From Scenedesmus sp. PABB004 (Eukaryota): a stretch of DNA of 64,000 bases. The notes beneath the pieces are model-generated. The model had not been told where the DNA came from and made no database searches. It was given only the letters and a program-made list of their open reading frames with translations. Positions 37,649 to 48,530 of this stretch are shown one piece after another. The DNA lies in assembly GCA_014905635.1 (NCBI GenBank), contig JABVCE010000009.1:186001-250000 (forward strand). Direction: 5' to 3'. How positions within the stretch are numbered: the stretch's first letter is position 1; every line of letters starts with the position of its first letter. The translations under genes were made by a program, and so were the position numbers.

Positions 37649-39639
37649 ATGGCTGCAGCGGCCGCGAGCGGCCTGCCGCCGGGCCTGCCAAACGTGGGCA
37701 ACACCTGCAGCCTCAACGCCGTGCTGCAGGCGATGGCAGCGTGCGAGGAGCTCACGCGCGAGCTTGGCGAGCTGTCGGCCCGCATGGCGGCCACGCCGCC
37801 AGCGCGCCAGGCGCCGCAGCGCTCGGCGGCGGCGGCACTGCTGGCAGCGGTGCGCGGCGCCGCGCGCTGGCTGCTGCTCGGCCCCGGCGACGACGACGAC
37901 GACGACGACGGCGCCGCCGCCGAGGCGGCGGCCGCGCGCGGCCCGCTCACGCGCGAGCTGGCGGCGCTGCTCGACGCACTGCGCCCAGCACGCGGCGCGG
38001 CGCGGCGCCGCGCCCCCGACCCGCACCGCCTGCTGGCCGCGCTGCGCTGCGCCGTGCCGGCGGGCGAGCTGGAGCACGGCCTGCAGCACGACGCGGCCGA
38101 GATCATGGGGGCTCTGCTGGACGGCGTCGCGACCGAGGCGGCGTGCTGGCATCAGCAGCAGCTGCGCCGGCGGCTGCCGCACGTACCGGCTGGGCTGCAG
38201 GCGCTGCTCCGGCCGCAGGCGCCGCAGGCGCAGCGCCAGCAGCACCCGCCGCCGCCGCCGGCGCCGCCGGTGCATCAGGAGGACGGGCAGGCGGTGCCGC
38301 CGCTGCCGCCGCGCCTGCTGGTGCCGCCGCCGGTGCCGCCGGGGCCGCAGCAGCTGCTGCTGGACCCGTGCCTGCAGCAGCAGGTGCTGGGCGAGCAGCT
38401 GCAGTGCCCCGCGCGCCTGCCAGCAATGGGGCTGGCCTGCGAGGAGCTCGCCTGCCTCACCTGCGGCTACCGGTGGGCGCCGCGCGCACCGCGCGGCGAC
38501 CGCGCAGCCTGCCGGGGCGGCGGCGGACGGGCCGCCTACTAAGCCGGCCTCGCTCGCCCCCGCAGGTTTCCCCGCAGCCTCACACCCTTTTCAAGCCTGC
38601 CGCTGCCGCTGCGGGCGGCGCGCGGCCGCGGCGGGGGCCTCACCGTGGCGCCGGGGCTGCGCCTGGATCGGTGCCTGGCCCTGTTCACGCAGCAGGAACG
38701 CGTTGACGGCGTGGAGTGCCTCCGCTGCAGCCTGCGCGCCTCCCTGGCGGCGGCGGCGGCGCCGCCGCCGCTCTCTCCCGGTGCAGCCGGCGCGCCAGCA
38801 AGCAGCGCCGGCGGCGCAGGCGGCGGGTCGCCGCCGGCGCTCGCGGCGCTGGCGGCGCTCGCGTCGTGCGTGTCGGACGCGCCGCTGCCGCCGCTGGACT
38901 ACACGGCGCTGCTGCGGCAGGCGGGCGCGCGCTGGGTGTGCTGCCGGCGCGCCGTGTCCAAGGCCACGCGGCTCGCGCGCCCGCCGCGCGTGCTGCTGCT
39001 GCAGCTGCTGCGCTCCGTGCACGCCGCCGGCGGCGGCGCCAAGCTGCACGGCCACGTCGCCTTCCCGCTTCGCCTCGACCTGGGCGCCCACCTCCTCGCG
39101 GCGGCAGCGGCAGAGGAGGCGCCGCCGCACCGCGATGCCGGCGGCGGCGCGCGGGACGGCGTGGCGGGCGATGCGCCGCGGGCGGCCTCGGGGCGCTGGC
39201 GGCGCGGCGCACGGCGCCGTACGACCTGGCCGCCGTCGTGGCGCACCTGGGCGGCAGCGCGCGCAGCGGGCACTACGTGGCCTATCGGCGTGCCGGCGGC
39301 GCGGGCTGGGCGCGCGCGAGCGACGCCGAGGTGGCGCCCGCAGACGAGGGCGAGGTGCGGCGCTGCGAGGCGGCGTTGCTCGTCTATGTTGCCTGTGAAC
39401 CCGTCGGCGACTGCCCCGCCGCGCCCGCGGCCAGCCTCTGTCCTTTGCGCCTCAACGCCCGCAGCTCGCAGCCCGCCGCTGCCCGCCAGACCGCTCAGGG
39501 GCGCCCGGGCGCGAGCCGCTGCAGCAGCTCGTCGATGGCAGCGCGCCGCGCCTCGGTCTGCGCCGCCGCCGCCAGCGCCGGCGCCTTTGGCTGGTGCGTG
39601 AGCGCGCCTGCGGGAGCGCAGCGGGCGGTCTGCGCGTGA
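37649..39639 (+). CDS. Ubiquitin-specific protease (peptidase C19); apparent frameshift near 39190
   Basis: Cys box GLPNVGNTCSLNAVLQ, QHDAAE, CLTC/CLRC pairs, PPRVLLLQL, HVAFP..LDL, His box YDLAAVVAHLG...GHYVAY...WARASDAEV. Confidence 0.88.
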
Positions 39640-39674
39640 GGCCCGACGTGCCGGCGCGCAGCCCCCCCCCCCCC

Positions 39675-41029
39675 TCACTCACCCGCACCTGCTGAGCTGT
39701 GTGCGGCGTGGACTCTGCCGCCTGATGGCGGCCGCCGCCTGGCAGCACTAGCGCTGACCGCCGAGCCCGGGCGCGAGGCGCCACACGCCGCCAGCGGCGC
39801 AGCGGCTGCTGGCACGGCCGCCGCCGGCGGCTGCAACAGCTCCCGCACGCGCGGCGTGCGCGGCGTGGCGGCTGCGGCCCCGCGCGACAGCAGCATTTGA
39901 GCTCGCACCGCGAGCGCGGTGGTCGTGCGGCCGCTGGCGCCCGGCCCCGCTGCCAGGGCGCCCAGGGCGCCGCCGCCGCCGCCGCTGCCGTACAGCACAG
40001 AGCCTGCGGGCCGGCCACGCAGCAGCTTCTGCTGCAGCGCTGCCAGGCTGCTGCTGCTGAGGACGTCGCGGACGGGCGCCCCGCTGCCGCCGGGCGCGGG
40101 CGCCGCCGCCAGGCCGCCGCCGGCACCTGCGCCGGCCCAGCCGGGGCTGACGCGCCGCGGCGAAATCTGCGGCGGCGGCTCCGGCGGCGGCTGCTCCGCC
40201 TGTAGCGGCGGCGGCTCCGCCTGCGCCGGCGGCAGGCACGTGCCTGGCTGCTCCGCGGACAGCGTGCGTGCTGGACAGCTGCTGCCAGCGCCGCCGCCGC
40301 AGCACGCCTGCTCCCGCGCCGCGCCCACGAGCGACTGGCTGCGCCAGAGCGCGCCGTGGCCAGGCGAGGCGGGGCCCCCCGGCAGCACCGCGCCGGACGA
40401 CAGGGTCGGCCGCAGCGCCCTGTCGCCCAGCCCCTGTCGGCCCTGGCCCTGGCTCAGCGCGTTGCTCGCCAGGCCATGGCGCGGCGACGCGCGGCCAGCG
40501 GAGGCGGGGCCCTCCGCCGGCGCCGCGCCGGACGACAGCGTCGGCCGCAGCGCCCTGTCGCTGGCCGCTGGCGCTGGCGGCGTCGGTGGGCCCTGGCTCA
40601 GCGCGTGGCTTGCGGGGCGATGGTGCGGCTCGCCGGAGTCCCCCTCCGACTCCTCGCCGCCGGCAGGCTGCCGCCCGGCCGCATGCCGCGCGCGCGCCGC
40701 GCCGCTGCGCGCACCGCACCCGCCGCTCGCGCCGGCCGGCTGTGGTGCTCGGCGGCGGCCCGGCCGCGGCGGCGGGCTGCCGGGCGCACCGCCCGCCCCC
40801 TGCGCGGCGCGGCCGAGCGGGGCCGGCCGCCGGCCTGCGCGCCGCCGGGGAGCACCGGCGCCGCGGGGCTGGCCGCCGCCTGGCGCGCCCGGGAGAGCCG
40901 CGCCGACGCCGCGCGCGCGGCCTCTGGGACTGCGGGCTCGTCGGTCCAGCCGCAGAATTCGTCCGCCGCGCAGGCACCGCCGCTGTCAGGTGGTGGCGCC
41001 GGGCTCGCACGCACGCGCACGCAGGCCAT
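39675..41029 (-). CDS. Hypothetical low-complexity protein; boundaries uncertain
   Basis: Frame of ORF 39675-40388 extends upstream with protein-like text (GGEESEGDSGEPHH...DRALRPTLSSGA twice); start not established. Confidence 0.3.
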
Positions 41030-41370
41030 GCGAAGACCGGCGGCAGGCGCGCAGGGACCGGCGCGCAGCGCAGCCTGCGGCGCAGACCGGCGGCCAGCGC
41101 GAAGACCGGCCAGCGCAGCGCTGCGGCGGGACGCTGTGTGTGAGTGGCTGACGCTGTGCGGCCGCCGGTCCACTCCCGCCGAGCAGCAGCCCTGCTTGTC
41201 GGCGGCCGGCGGACGGCGGCACTGCGCCCCGCTGCGCCCCGCTGCGCCCCGCGGGGCGCCTGCGCCGCGCGCGGTCGTGGGTGTTGACCGCGCCCCGCAG
41301 CACCCGCTCCCGCCCGCCCTCCGCGCCCTCCCGCTCGCCCCGCGGCGTGGGCCCTGCGCGCGGCCTCGTG

Positions 41371-41562
41371 ATGGCCGCGCTCCGAGCGGCGCTGCTGCTC
41401 GCCGCGCGGTCGGGCTGGGCGGCAGAGCTGGGACCGCTCGCGTCGTTGGGGAGGTGCGGCGCCCGGCGCAGCTCGTGGTTCGCGCTGCCGGCCGCCGCGC
41501 AGCGCCGCCGCTGCTGCTGCCGATCGCCGCCGCCCCTCTGCCGCGCAGGCTAGCTGCGGCGT

Positions 41563-41634
<72 letters not shown>

Positions 41635-43685
41635 GTGGCATTGGCTGCTGGGGACCGCGGCACGCGCCGCACGCGCGGCACTTCAGCAGCAGCGGCTGCA
41701 GCGCGGACGCGGGCGCGGCAGCGGTTGCGCCCGCGCCGGCCGGCGGCGACGGCGCCGCCGCGGCCCTCGCCGCCGCCAGCTCGCAGCCGCAGCCCACCGA
41801 TGACCTGCTGACGACGTGAGCGCGGCGGGGCTCGCGCACCGCCGCACACAGCAGCCGCGGCCGGCGCCGCATCGGCCTCCCACCCCCCGGCCGCGCCCGC
41901 CGCAGGCTGCTCACGGGCCAGGGCTCGGCGGCGATGGAGGCGGAGCACGTGGGGCTGTACCACGAGTTTGATCGCAGCCTCGTGCCCGAGGCGTTCCGGC
42001 CGTTCCACCAGGTTGGCTGCTGGGTCTGTGGGCCGGCCCTCCGCCGCGTGGCGCCCAGCCCAAAATCCCCCCCCCCCACCGCCGACCGCTGCCCCGCGCG
42101 CCCCAGGCCTTCTACTCGCCGCGCCCCGCCAAGCTGCAGCGCAAGGGCGGCTGCCGCGCGCTGCAGGCCGAGTTTGAGGCGGCCGGCGGCAGCGCGCTCA
42201 TGTGGCGGCGCAGCAGCCAGGAGCTCGCGGACCGCCTCGCCGCGGCGGAGGCGCCGGGCGCGCCGCCGCTGCGCCTGCACCTGCAGGGGCCACGCGGCTG
42301 CGGCAAGAGCGTCGCGCTCGTGCAGGCGGTGGAGCGCGCGCGCGCGCTCGGCTGGTGCGCGCCCGCGCGCCTGCGCGCCGCCCGCGCCGCCGCCCGCCGC
42401 CCGCCTCGGCCGCCGCCTCGGCCGCCGCCGACCGCCGCCGCCTCGGTCGCCGGCCGACCGCCGCCGGCCGCGCTCCACTGTGCGCGCGCAGGGTGGTGGT
42501 GTACGTGCCGTCCGCGGTTGACCTCACGCGCGGAGGGTTCTTCTATCGCCGCCCTGACGGCACATACGACACCATCATCGCCGCGCAGCAGCTGCTCAAG
42601 GGCGCCGCCGACGCGCACGGCCGCCAGCTCGGCGCGCTGCCGCTGGCGCACGACGCCTCGCGCGCGCTGCTCGCGTCGCCCGCGGCGGCCGCGGCGCGCG
42701 GCGGCGGCGGCGGCGGCGGCGGCTCTGCGCCCGGCGCGGGCGCGGGGACGGTGCTGGAGCTCGCCAACGTGGGGCTCGCCACGGACGACGACGTGAGCGC
42801 CGCGCCGCGGGCGCCCCGCGCCGTCGCGGCCGGCCCGGGGCCGCGCCGCCCACGCCGCGCGCCACGCCGCGCCGCGCCGCGCCGCGCCGCGCAGGGCGAG
42901 CTCGCGGTGGAGTGCGCGCTCGCGCTGCTGCGCGAGCTCGCGGCGGCGGCGGGGTCGGGCGCCGCGCGCGTGCTGCTGGCCGTGGACGACTACAACGCCC
43001 TCTACTGGGCCACGGAGTATGGCGCCAGCGTGACGCGCCCCGCCGCGCGGGGGCGCCCGGGCCACCAGTTCCGCGCCGCGGTGCCAGTGGAGGCGCTCAA
43101 CCTGGTGCGCCGCGCGTGCGCGTGCGCCTGCGGCGCGGCGCGGCGCGGTGCGGCGCGGCGCGGCGCGGCGCGGCACGCACGCACGCGCCCTGGGAGGGCG
43201 GCGCCGAGGCCCGCCCCCACGCGCCCGCCCCGCCACCGCAGGCGCGCGGGCTGCGGCTGCTCGAGCGCGACGACCTAGGGCGCTGCGCGGTGCTGGCCGC
43301 GAGCAGCGGCAGCGCGCGCGTCGCGGCGCGCGTGCGCGTCCCCAACCCCGCCGGGAGCAGCTTTCTCGTCCCCCGCTTCTCGCCGGTGCGCCGCGGGCAC
43401 ACGCGCGCGCGCTGGCGCGCCGGGCGGGGCCCGCGCGGCTGCCGCCGCCGCCCTGCGCATACGGCCGCGGCCGCCGCCGCCCTGCGCATCCGGCCGCCCA
43501 CGGCCCCGCCGCCGCCGCAGGTCGAGGCCGCCCACTCGCTCTTCTACTACGCCGAGCGCGGCGTCGCGCCGGCCGCGCCGACGGAGCGCCAGGCCGCGCA
43601 CATGCGGGCCCTGACCAACGGCAGCGGCGCGGAGCTGCGGCGCTGGAGCGTGAAGCTCAGCCAGACCGACATGGGCCTGCTGTGA
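41371..43685 (+). CDS. DAP3: Mitochondrial ribosomal protein mS29/DAP3-like; multi-exon
   Basis: Presequence-like MAALRAALLLAARS; LQAEFE..GGSALMWR; P-loop GPRGCGKS; GW-VVVYVPS; VLLAVDDYNALY; VPRFS; LTNGSGAELRR. Confidence 0.85.
41564..41632 (+). repeat. Perfect (CAG)n tract, ~23 units, read as poly-Ser in DAP3 exon 2
   Basis: Direct sequence. Confidence 0.9.
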
Positions 43686-43765
43686 CCCTGCGGCGGCGGC
43701 GTGCCGCGTGCTGCGCGCTGCGCCCGGCCTTCAGGGTAACGCGGCGCGGCCCGCCGGCAGAGGGA

Positions 43766-45812
43766 TTACCGCCGCGCCCGGCGCCCGCGGCGGCGCCCGT
43801 GCGGCCGGCCTGAATTTACCGCCACGTTGTGGGCGCGAATGAGGTCCGCGACCTCTGGGACTGCAAAGCCGTTGCGCGACGGCCAGTCGCCCTGGTCGAC
43901 GGAGACCGAGACGTTCCACAGCGCCGACGCGGGGTGGAGCCCCTGCACGTCCCACGACGCGACGCTCCACAGGAACGCGCCGTCGACGCGCCAGCGCCCG
44001 CCCCCGCCCACGAGCAGCGCGAGCGCGGCGTCGTAATAGGCGCCTAGGTATACGCGCACTGCCGCGCTGCGCTTGAAGGGGTCGACCTCGCGGCTCCACG
44101 GCAGCGTCACGCCCAGCCAGGGGAAGAGCCCAATCGTCGTGTCATTCCCAGGGATGTCGCCGCAGCTGCCCACGCCGCCGCCGAGGCCAAACTCGTTCCA
44201 CAGCAGCTCCTTGCCGGCCGGCGCCGCCTGCTGCTGCGCGCCGGCCGCGGCGCCGCGGCGGGCGGCGGGGCCCGCGAGCGCCGGCGCGAGGTCGGCGCCG
44301 AGCGCGGCCAGCTCCTCCAGCAGCTTGGCGACTGGCGCCTCGATGTGCTGCGGCGCCACCGCCGCGGGCGCCCTGCAGCGCGAGGGGGCGGCCGCGCGCG
44401 GCGGCGGCGCGTGAGGCGACGCCCGGGGCGGCGGCGGGCGTCGCGCGGCGGGGGCCCGCGCGGCAGCCGTCAGCCGGCGCCGCGCTCTCCCGCGCCCTCT
44501 CGCGCGCGCACCGCGCATAGTTTGATATGCCGATGAACTCCGCGCGCGCCAGCAGCCGCCGCGCGTCGCCCGCGGCCGCGCGCAGCACGCCCGCCCGCGG
44601 CCAGGCCGCGAGCGGCAGCAGCGGGCCGGCGCCGCCGTCGCGCGTGCCGAGCGGGCTGCGCGGCAGCGGCGACACGCCGGCCGGGTCCGGCGCGCGATTG
44701 AGCACGCCCGCGGCGTACGCGGGGTAAAACGTGACGCCCAGCTTGAGCCGCGCCGGTGCCGTCCACGCGGCGCGCAGGCGGTCAAAGATTGCCAGGTAGG
44801 CGCCCGGGTGGTGCAGCAGCGTGCCGCCCATCTCGCCTGCGGCGCGCGCGGCGCGGCGCGCGGCGCGGCGTGCGGCGCGGCGGGCTCGCGGCGGGCTGGC
44901 GGCACGCGCGCCGCGCGGCGCGCCGCGCGGCGGCGCACCGCCCATCGCGAGGTACAGCTGCTTCCCTGGCCGGCCCGCAAACGCGGCGTTGGCGGCGGCC
45001 AGGAGGGGGCGCAGCATAATGTCATAGTAGCTGGGGGCGGTGCGGGCGGGCGGGCGGCGGGGCAAGGGCTGCGAGTGCGACGCACGGGGGGCCGGGGCGA
45101 GCGCGGCGGCGGCGCGCGGCGCCGCGGCGCGGGCCGCGCCTGAAGCCCTGCCGCGGCTCGAGGGGGTCAAACGGCAGCATGTTGCGCCATTTCGCGCGCT
45201 TGTTGCTGCCGCTCACGGGGTCGAGGTGCGGCGCGACGAGCACCGCGTCAAACAGCTCCGCCGCGCGCGAGAGGCAGGCCGCCGCGCCGCGCTCAAACGC
45301 AGCGACGGCGCCGCCGTCAAAGGCCGCGCACGGCGCGTCCCACGCGCGCTTCGAGCAGTACGAGTCCACGCGCAGCGTGCTGTCGGCCCAGTTGTCTGCG
45401 GGCCGACCGGTGGGGGATGAGGCAGTGGGGCGCAGCGCGCAGCGGCACCGCGGGCGCGGCGCCTGGCGCCCCGCGCGCGCGCCGCACCCGGGTAGCAGGT
45501 GTCCGCGTTCTGCGCCGCGACGGCGGCGTCCCGCCAGTAGTGCGTGACGACGATCTGCACGCGCCGCCCGCCGTGCCGCGCCGCGCGGCGCAGCAGGAGC
45601 TCGCACTGGCTGATCGGCGCGCCGTACATCGGCCGGTCCAGCTCGTCAGAATAGAAGAGCAGCACCGAGGAGCTCAGCTCCACGCCGCCCGGGGCGGACT
45701 CCTTTGCTGCTAGCTCCACGCCGCCCCGGGCGGACGCCGTCGCCGCGAGCAGCGGTGCCAGCAGCGGCAGCAGCAGCAGCGCGGCGCGGCGGCCACCGCC
45801 GGGCCGCCGCAT
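43766..45812 (-). CDS. Secreted glycoside-hydrolase-like TIM-barrel protein (clan GH-A-like); multi-exon
   Basis: Signal peptide ALLLLPLLAPLLAATASA; VQIVVTHYW, VLVAPHLD, LAMG-GEMG, AEFIGISNY, LLWNEFGLGG, DGAFLWS. Confidence 0.6.
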
Positions 45813-46081
45813 TGCGTACGCGGTCGCGGGTCACTGCGCACGCCGCCGGGATTGCGTGGCGCGCGGGGGGCGGGCAGCGGCGGCCTCCGCGCGCCGCTGC
45901 GGGCGGCGCAGCAGCGGCCCAGCGGGCGGCCTCGGCGAGGACGGCGGCGCACGAGGGAGGGAGTCCGCGCGGCCCTGTGCGTTCGCAGGCTCGACTCCGA
46001 CGGGCGCGGCGCGGACGCCCGCGCCGTCACTGGCGGTTCAACGTGGACCGGACGTGCGCACGCGGCGCCGCCGCCCCGCTC

Positions 46082-47899
46082 CTACCCGCGCAGCGTGGCG
46101 CGCACGACGCTGGTGAGCGTGCGCGCCAGGGGCGGCTGCCCCGACGCGACGCTGCGACGCACGCCGCGCCCAGAGGGCAGGCCGAGGGACACGAGCACGC
46201 GGCGCGCGAGCTGCGGGCCCTCGGCGACGTGGCCACGCGGCGCCGGCGGCTCCGGCGACGACGCCAGCGAGCTGCGCAGGGCCTCGACATCCTCGGCCAG
46301 CAGGCCCCTGACGTCCCGGAGGACCAGCGCGAGCGCGCCCGCGTCGCCCAACGACGACGCGCCGGGGCTGGCCGCCGCCTCACCCAGCTGCCCCGCCTCG
46401 CGCGGCTGCTGCTGCCCGGGCGCGGCGCGCCGCGCGGCGACCGCCCCTGGCAGCTGCGCCTGCTGCCCCGGCGGCTGCGCCGACGGCTGCCCCGCCTGCG
46501 CGCCGCCGCCGGCTGGGCCAGGCGCGGGCGGCGCTTGGGTGCAGTCCACCGCGACCGGCTGCGTGCTGCTGAACAGCTGGTTGGTGTACAGCAGCACATG
46601 CTCGGCTGCCGCCCCCGGCTCGCAGCCCTCGCACGCGCCCGCCAGCTGCGCCGGGCAGCCGCCGAGCCCATCGCTGCCGTCCATGCTGGCGGTGCGGCTG
46701 TGCTGGCTGCACCGCCGGCCGGGGGCCTGCTGCGCCGCCGCCGCGTCGTCCGAGCCGCGCCTGCTGCCGCCACCCGCGCGGCCACCGGCCTGCGCGGCGC
46801 CGCGCCGGGGCGGCGCCGCGAGCCCCGCGCCGGCAGCGCTGCCGTCGCGGCTGCTCTGCCGGATCTGGGCAAGCTCCTCGGCAATCGCCGCCAGCGCCGC
46901 CGCGTCCGAGCCCGACGCGCTGCTGCCGTCCAGGCTCAGCTGGCGGCTGTGCGCGCTCGCCCGGCGCGAGCGGGGGGCGCAGCCCGCCAGCGGCAGGCCC
47001 GCCGCCGCCGCCGCGAGCGCGCGTGCCTCGGGCAGGAGCAGGCTGTCGCAGCTGCTGGCGCGCGCGGACACGGCGGCAAAGCTGCTCACGGCCGCCACAA
47101 AGTCAGCGCTGGCCAGCTCCTCCGGATCCGCGCCGCACGAGCGCATGCTGCCGGCGCTGGCCAGCGCCCCGCTGCCGTCCTGCGCGCCCCCCTGGCCTTC
47201 CTCGCAGCCGTCGCAGCCGCCGCCCCCGCCAACGCCTCCGCCGCCACCGCCGCCGCCGCTCAGCTGGAGTGGCGCTGCGCTGAGGTGGGGCGTGGGCAGC
47301 TCGCCGTAAGCGTCCGGCCCCGCAGCCAGCAGGGGCAGCGACGGCTGCCGCCACAGAGGCGCTGGCTCGCTGGGGCGGCCCGGCGCTGCCGCCTCGATCG
47401 CTGGCTGCAGCTCCGGGCTGCCGCTGCTGCCCCCGCCAGCGGCGCCGTCCTCGTCGCTGCTGCTGTCGTCCAGCAGCCCCGCCAGATCGCTGGCGGCGCG
47501 CTCGCAGGCGCCCGGCGGCTGCCCCGCCGCCGAGTACGGCGGCGGCGGCTGCAGCAGACCTGGCGGTGCCTCGTCGGCGGGGAGCTCCTTGCGCTCGCCG
47601 CCGGCGCCGCCGCTGTGCGCTGCCGGCGCGCTTTCAGCTGCCGGCGGCCCTCCCTGCAGGCTCTCGCGCTGCTGGCGGAAGATGCGGCGCTCGGCAGGCT
47701 TTGGCGTCAAGAACGGGCAGCCGCCGTCGTCCTCGGGCGCAGCGGGCGACGCGCAGGGGGCAAAGTCAAACGGCGCCTCAGGCGCCTGCGCGGCGCTGCA
47801 GCCGCCGCCGCCAGCGTGCGGCTGGCCGGGCAGCAGCACTCGCTGCGCGCAGGCGACGCGCACGGCTCCAGGCCCGCCGACTCTGCCAGCTCCACGCAC
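46082..47899 (-). CDS. Hypothetical low-complexity protein; start uncertain
   Basis: Long frame with non-random segments (PFDFAPC, CPFLTPKPAERRIFRQQRESLQ, EHVLLYTNQLFS, LALVLRDVRGLLAEDVEALR); no family recognised. Confidence 0.4.
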   Translation of the reverse strand: MRGAGRVGGPGAVRVACAQRVLLPGQPHAGGGGCSAAQAPEAPFDFAPCASPAAPEDDGGCPFLTPKPAERRIFRQQRESLQGGPPAAESAPAAHSGGAGGERKELPADEAPPGLLQPPPPYSAAGQPPGACERAASDLAGLLDDSSSDEDGAAGGGSSGSPELQPAIEAAAPGRPSEPAPLWRQPSLPLLAAGPDAYGELPTPHLSAAPLQLSGGGGGGGGVGGGGGCDGCEEGQGGAQDGSGALASAGSMRSCGADPEELASADFVAAVSSFAAVSARASSCDSLLLPEARALAAAAAGLPLAGCAPRSRRASAHSRQLSLDGSSASGSDAAALAAIAEELAQIRQSSRDGSAAGAGLAAPPRRGAAQAGGRAGGGSRRGSDDAAAAQQAPGRRCSQHSRTASMDGSDGLGGCPAQLAGACEGCEPGAAAEHVLLYTNQLFSSTQPVAVDCTQAPPAPGPAGGGAQAGQPSAQPPGQQAQLPGAVAARRAAPGQQQPREAGQLGEAAASPGASSLGDAGALALVLRDVRGLLAEDVEALRSSLASSPEPPAPRGHVAEGPQLARRVLVSLGLPSGRGVRRSVASGQPPLARTLTSVVRATLRG

Positions 47900-48530
47900 A
47901 CCCGCAGCTCGCCGTCGGCCAGGGAGGTGCCGCCCGGCTCAGCAGGCGGCCGCGCCGGGCCGACGCGGGCGGGCGACGCGTGCGCTCTCCCGCGCCGGCC
48001 GCCGCGCTGCTGCAGCGCGGCGGTGGTCGACCTGCTCGCGCTCCAGCGCGGTTGCTGCTCTCCGGACCTGGCGGGGCTGCCTCTTGGGCGCGGGGGAGCC
48101 ATCCCCGCCGCGGTCAACCTTTCCGCCAGCGGCGCGCGGCGACGGGCGCTGCTGCTGCTCCCGGCAGGCGCGCGTATTGAGAGGGAGCGTTGTTGGACGC
48201 GTGGGGGGCGGGCGGAGCACCTGGCGCTTCGCAGCGCGGGCGCGCCACCCGAGCAGCTCACGCAACGGCGTCGCTGAGCCCAGCCGGCAGAGCCCCGGCC
48301 CCTGGCCTCGCTGCGCCGGTGGACCTCTCACACGGGGACACGTTACACGCGGGCAGCACAGGCCGCCGGGCCGACCCGCAGCGCTCGCCGGTGCCGCCAG
48401 CGCCGCCGGGGCCAACTCACTCGCGCTCGCAGCAAAACTTGGGCGGCCGCCGCCCCCAACGGAAATCACCGGCCGCCGGTCGCAACAACCGCCGTCGGAT
48501 CACCGCGCGGCGCAGTCAGCCAGTTCGCCG

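Noticed and set aside
45676..45735. Short duplication encoding GGVEL twice after the GH-like signal peptide
   Set aside because: Small in-frame local duplication with no evident functional consequence.
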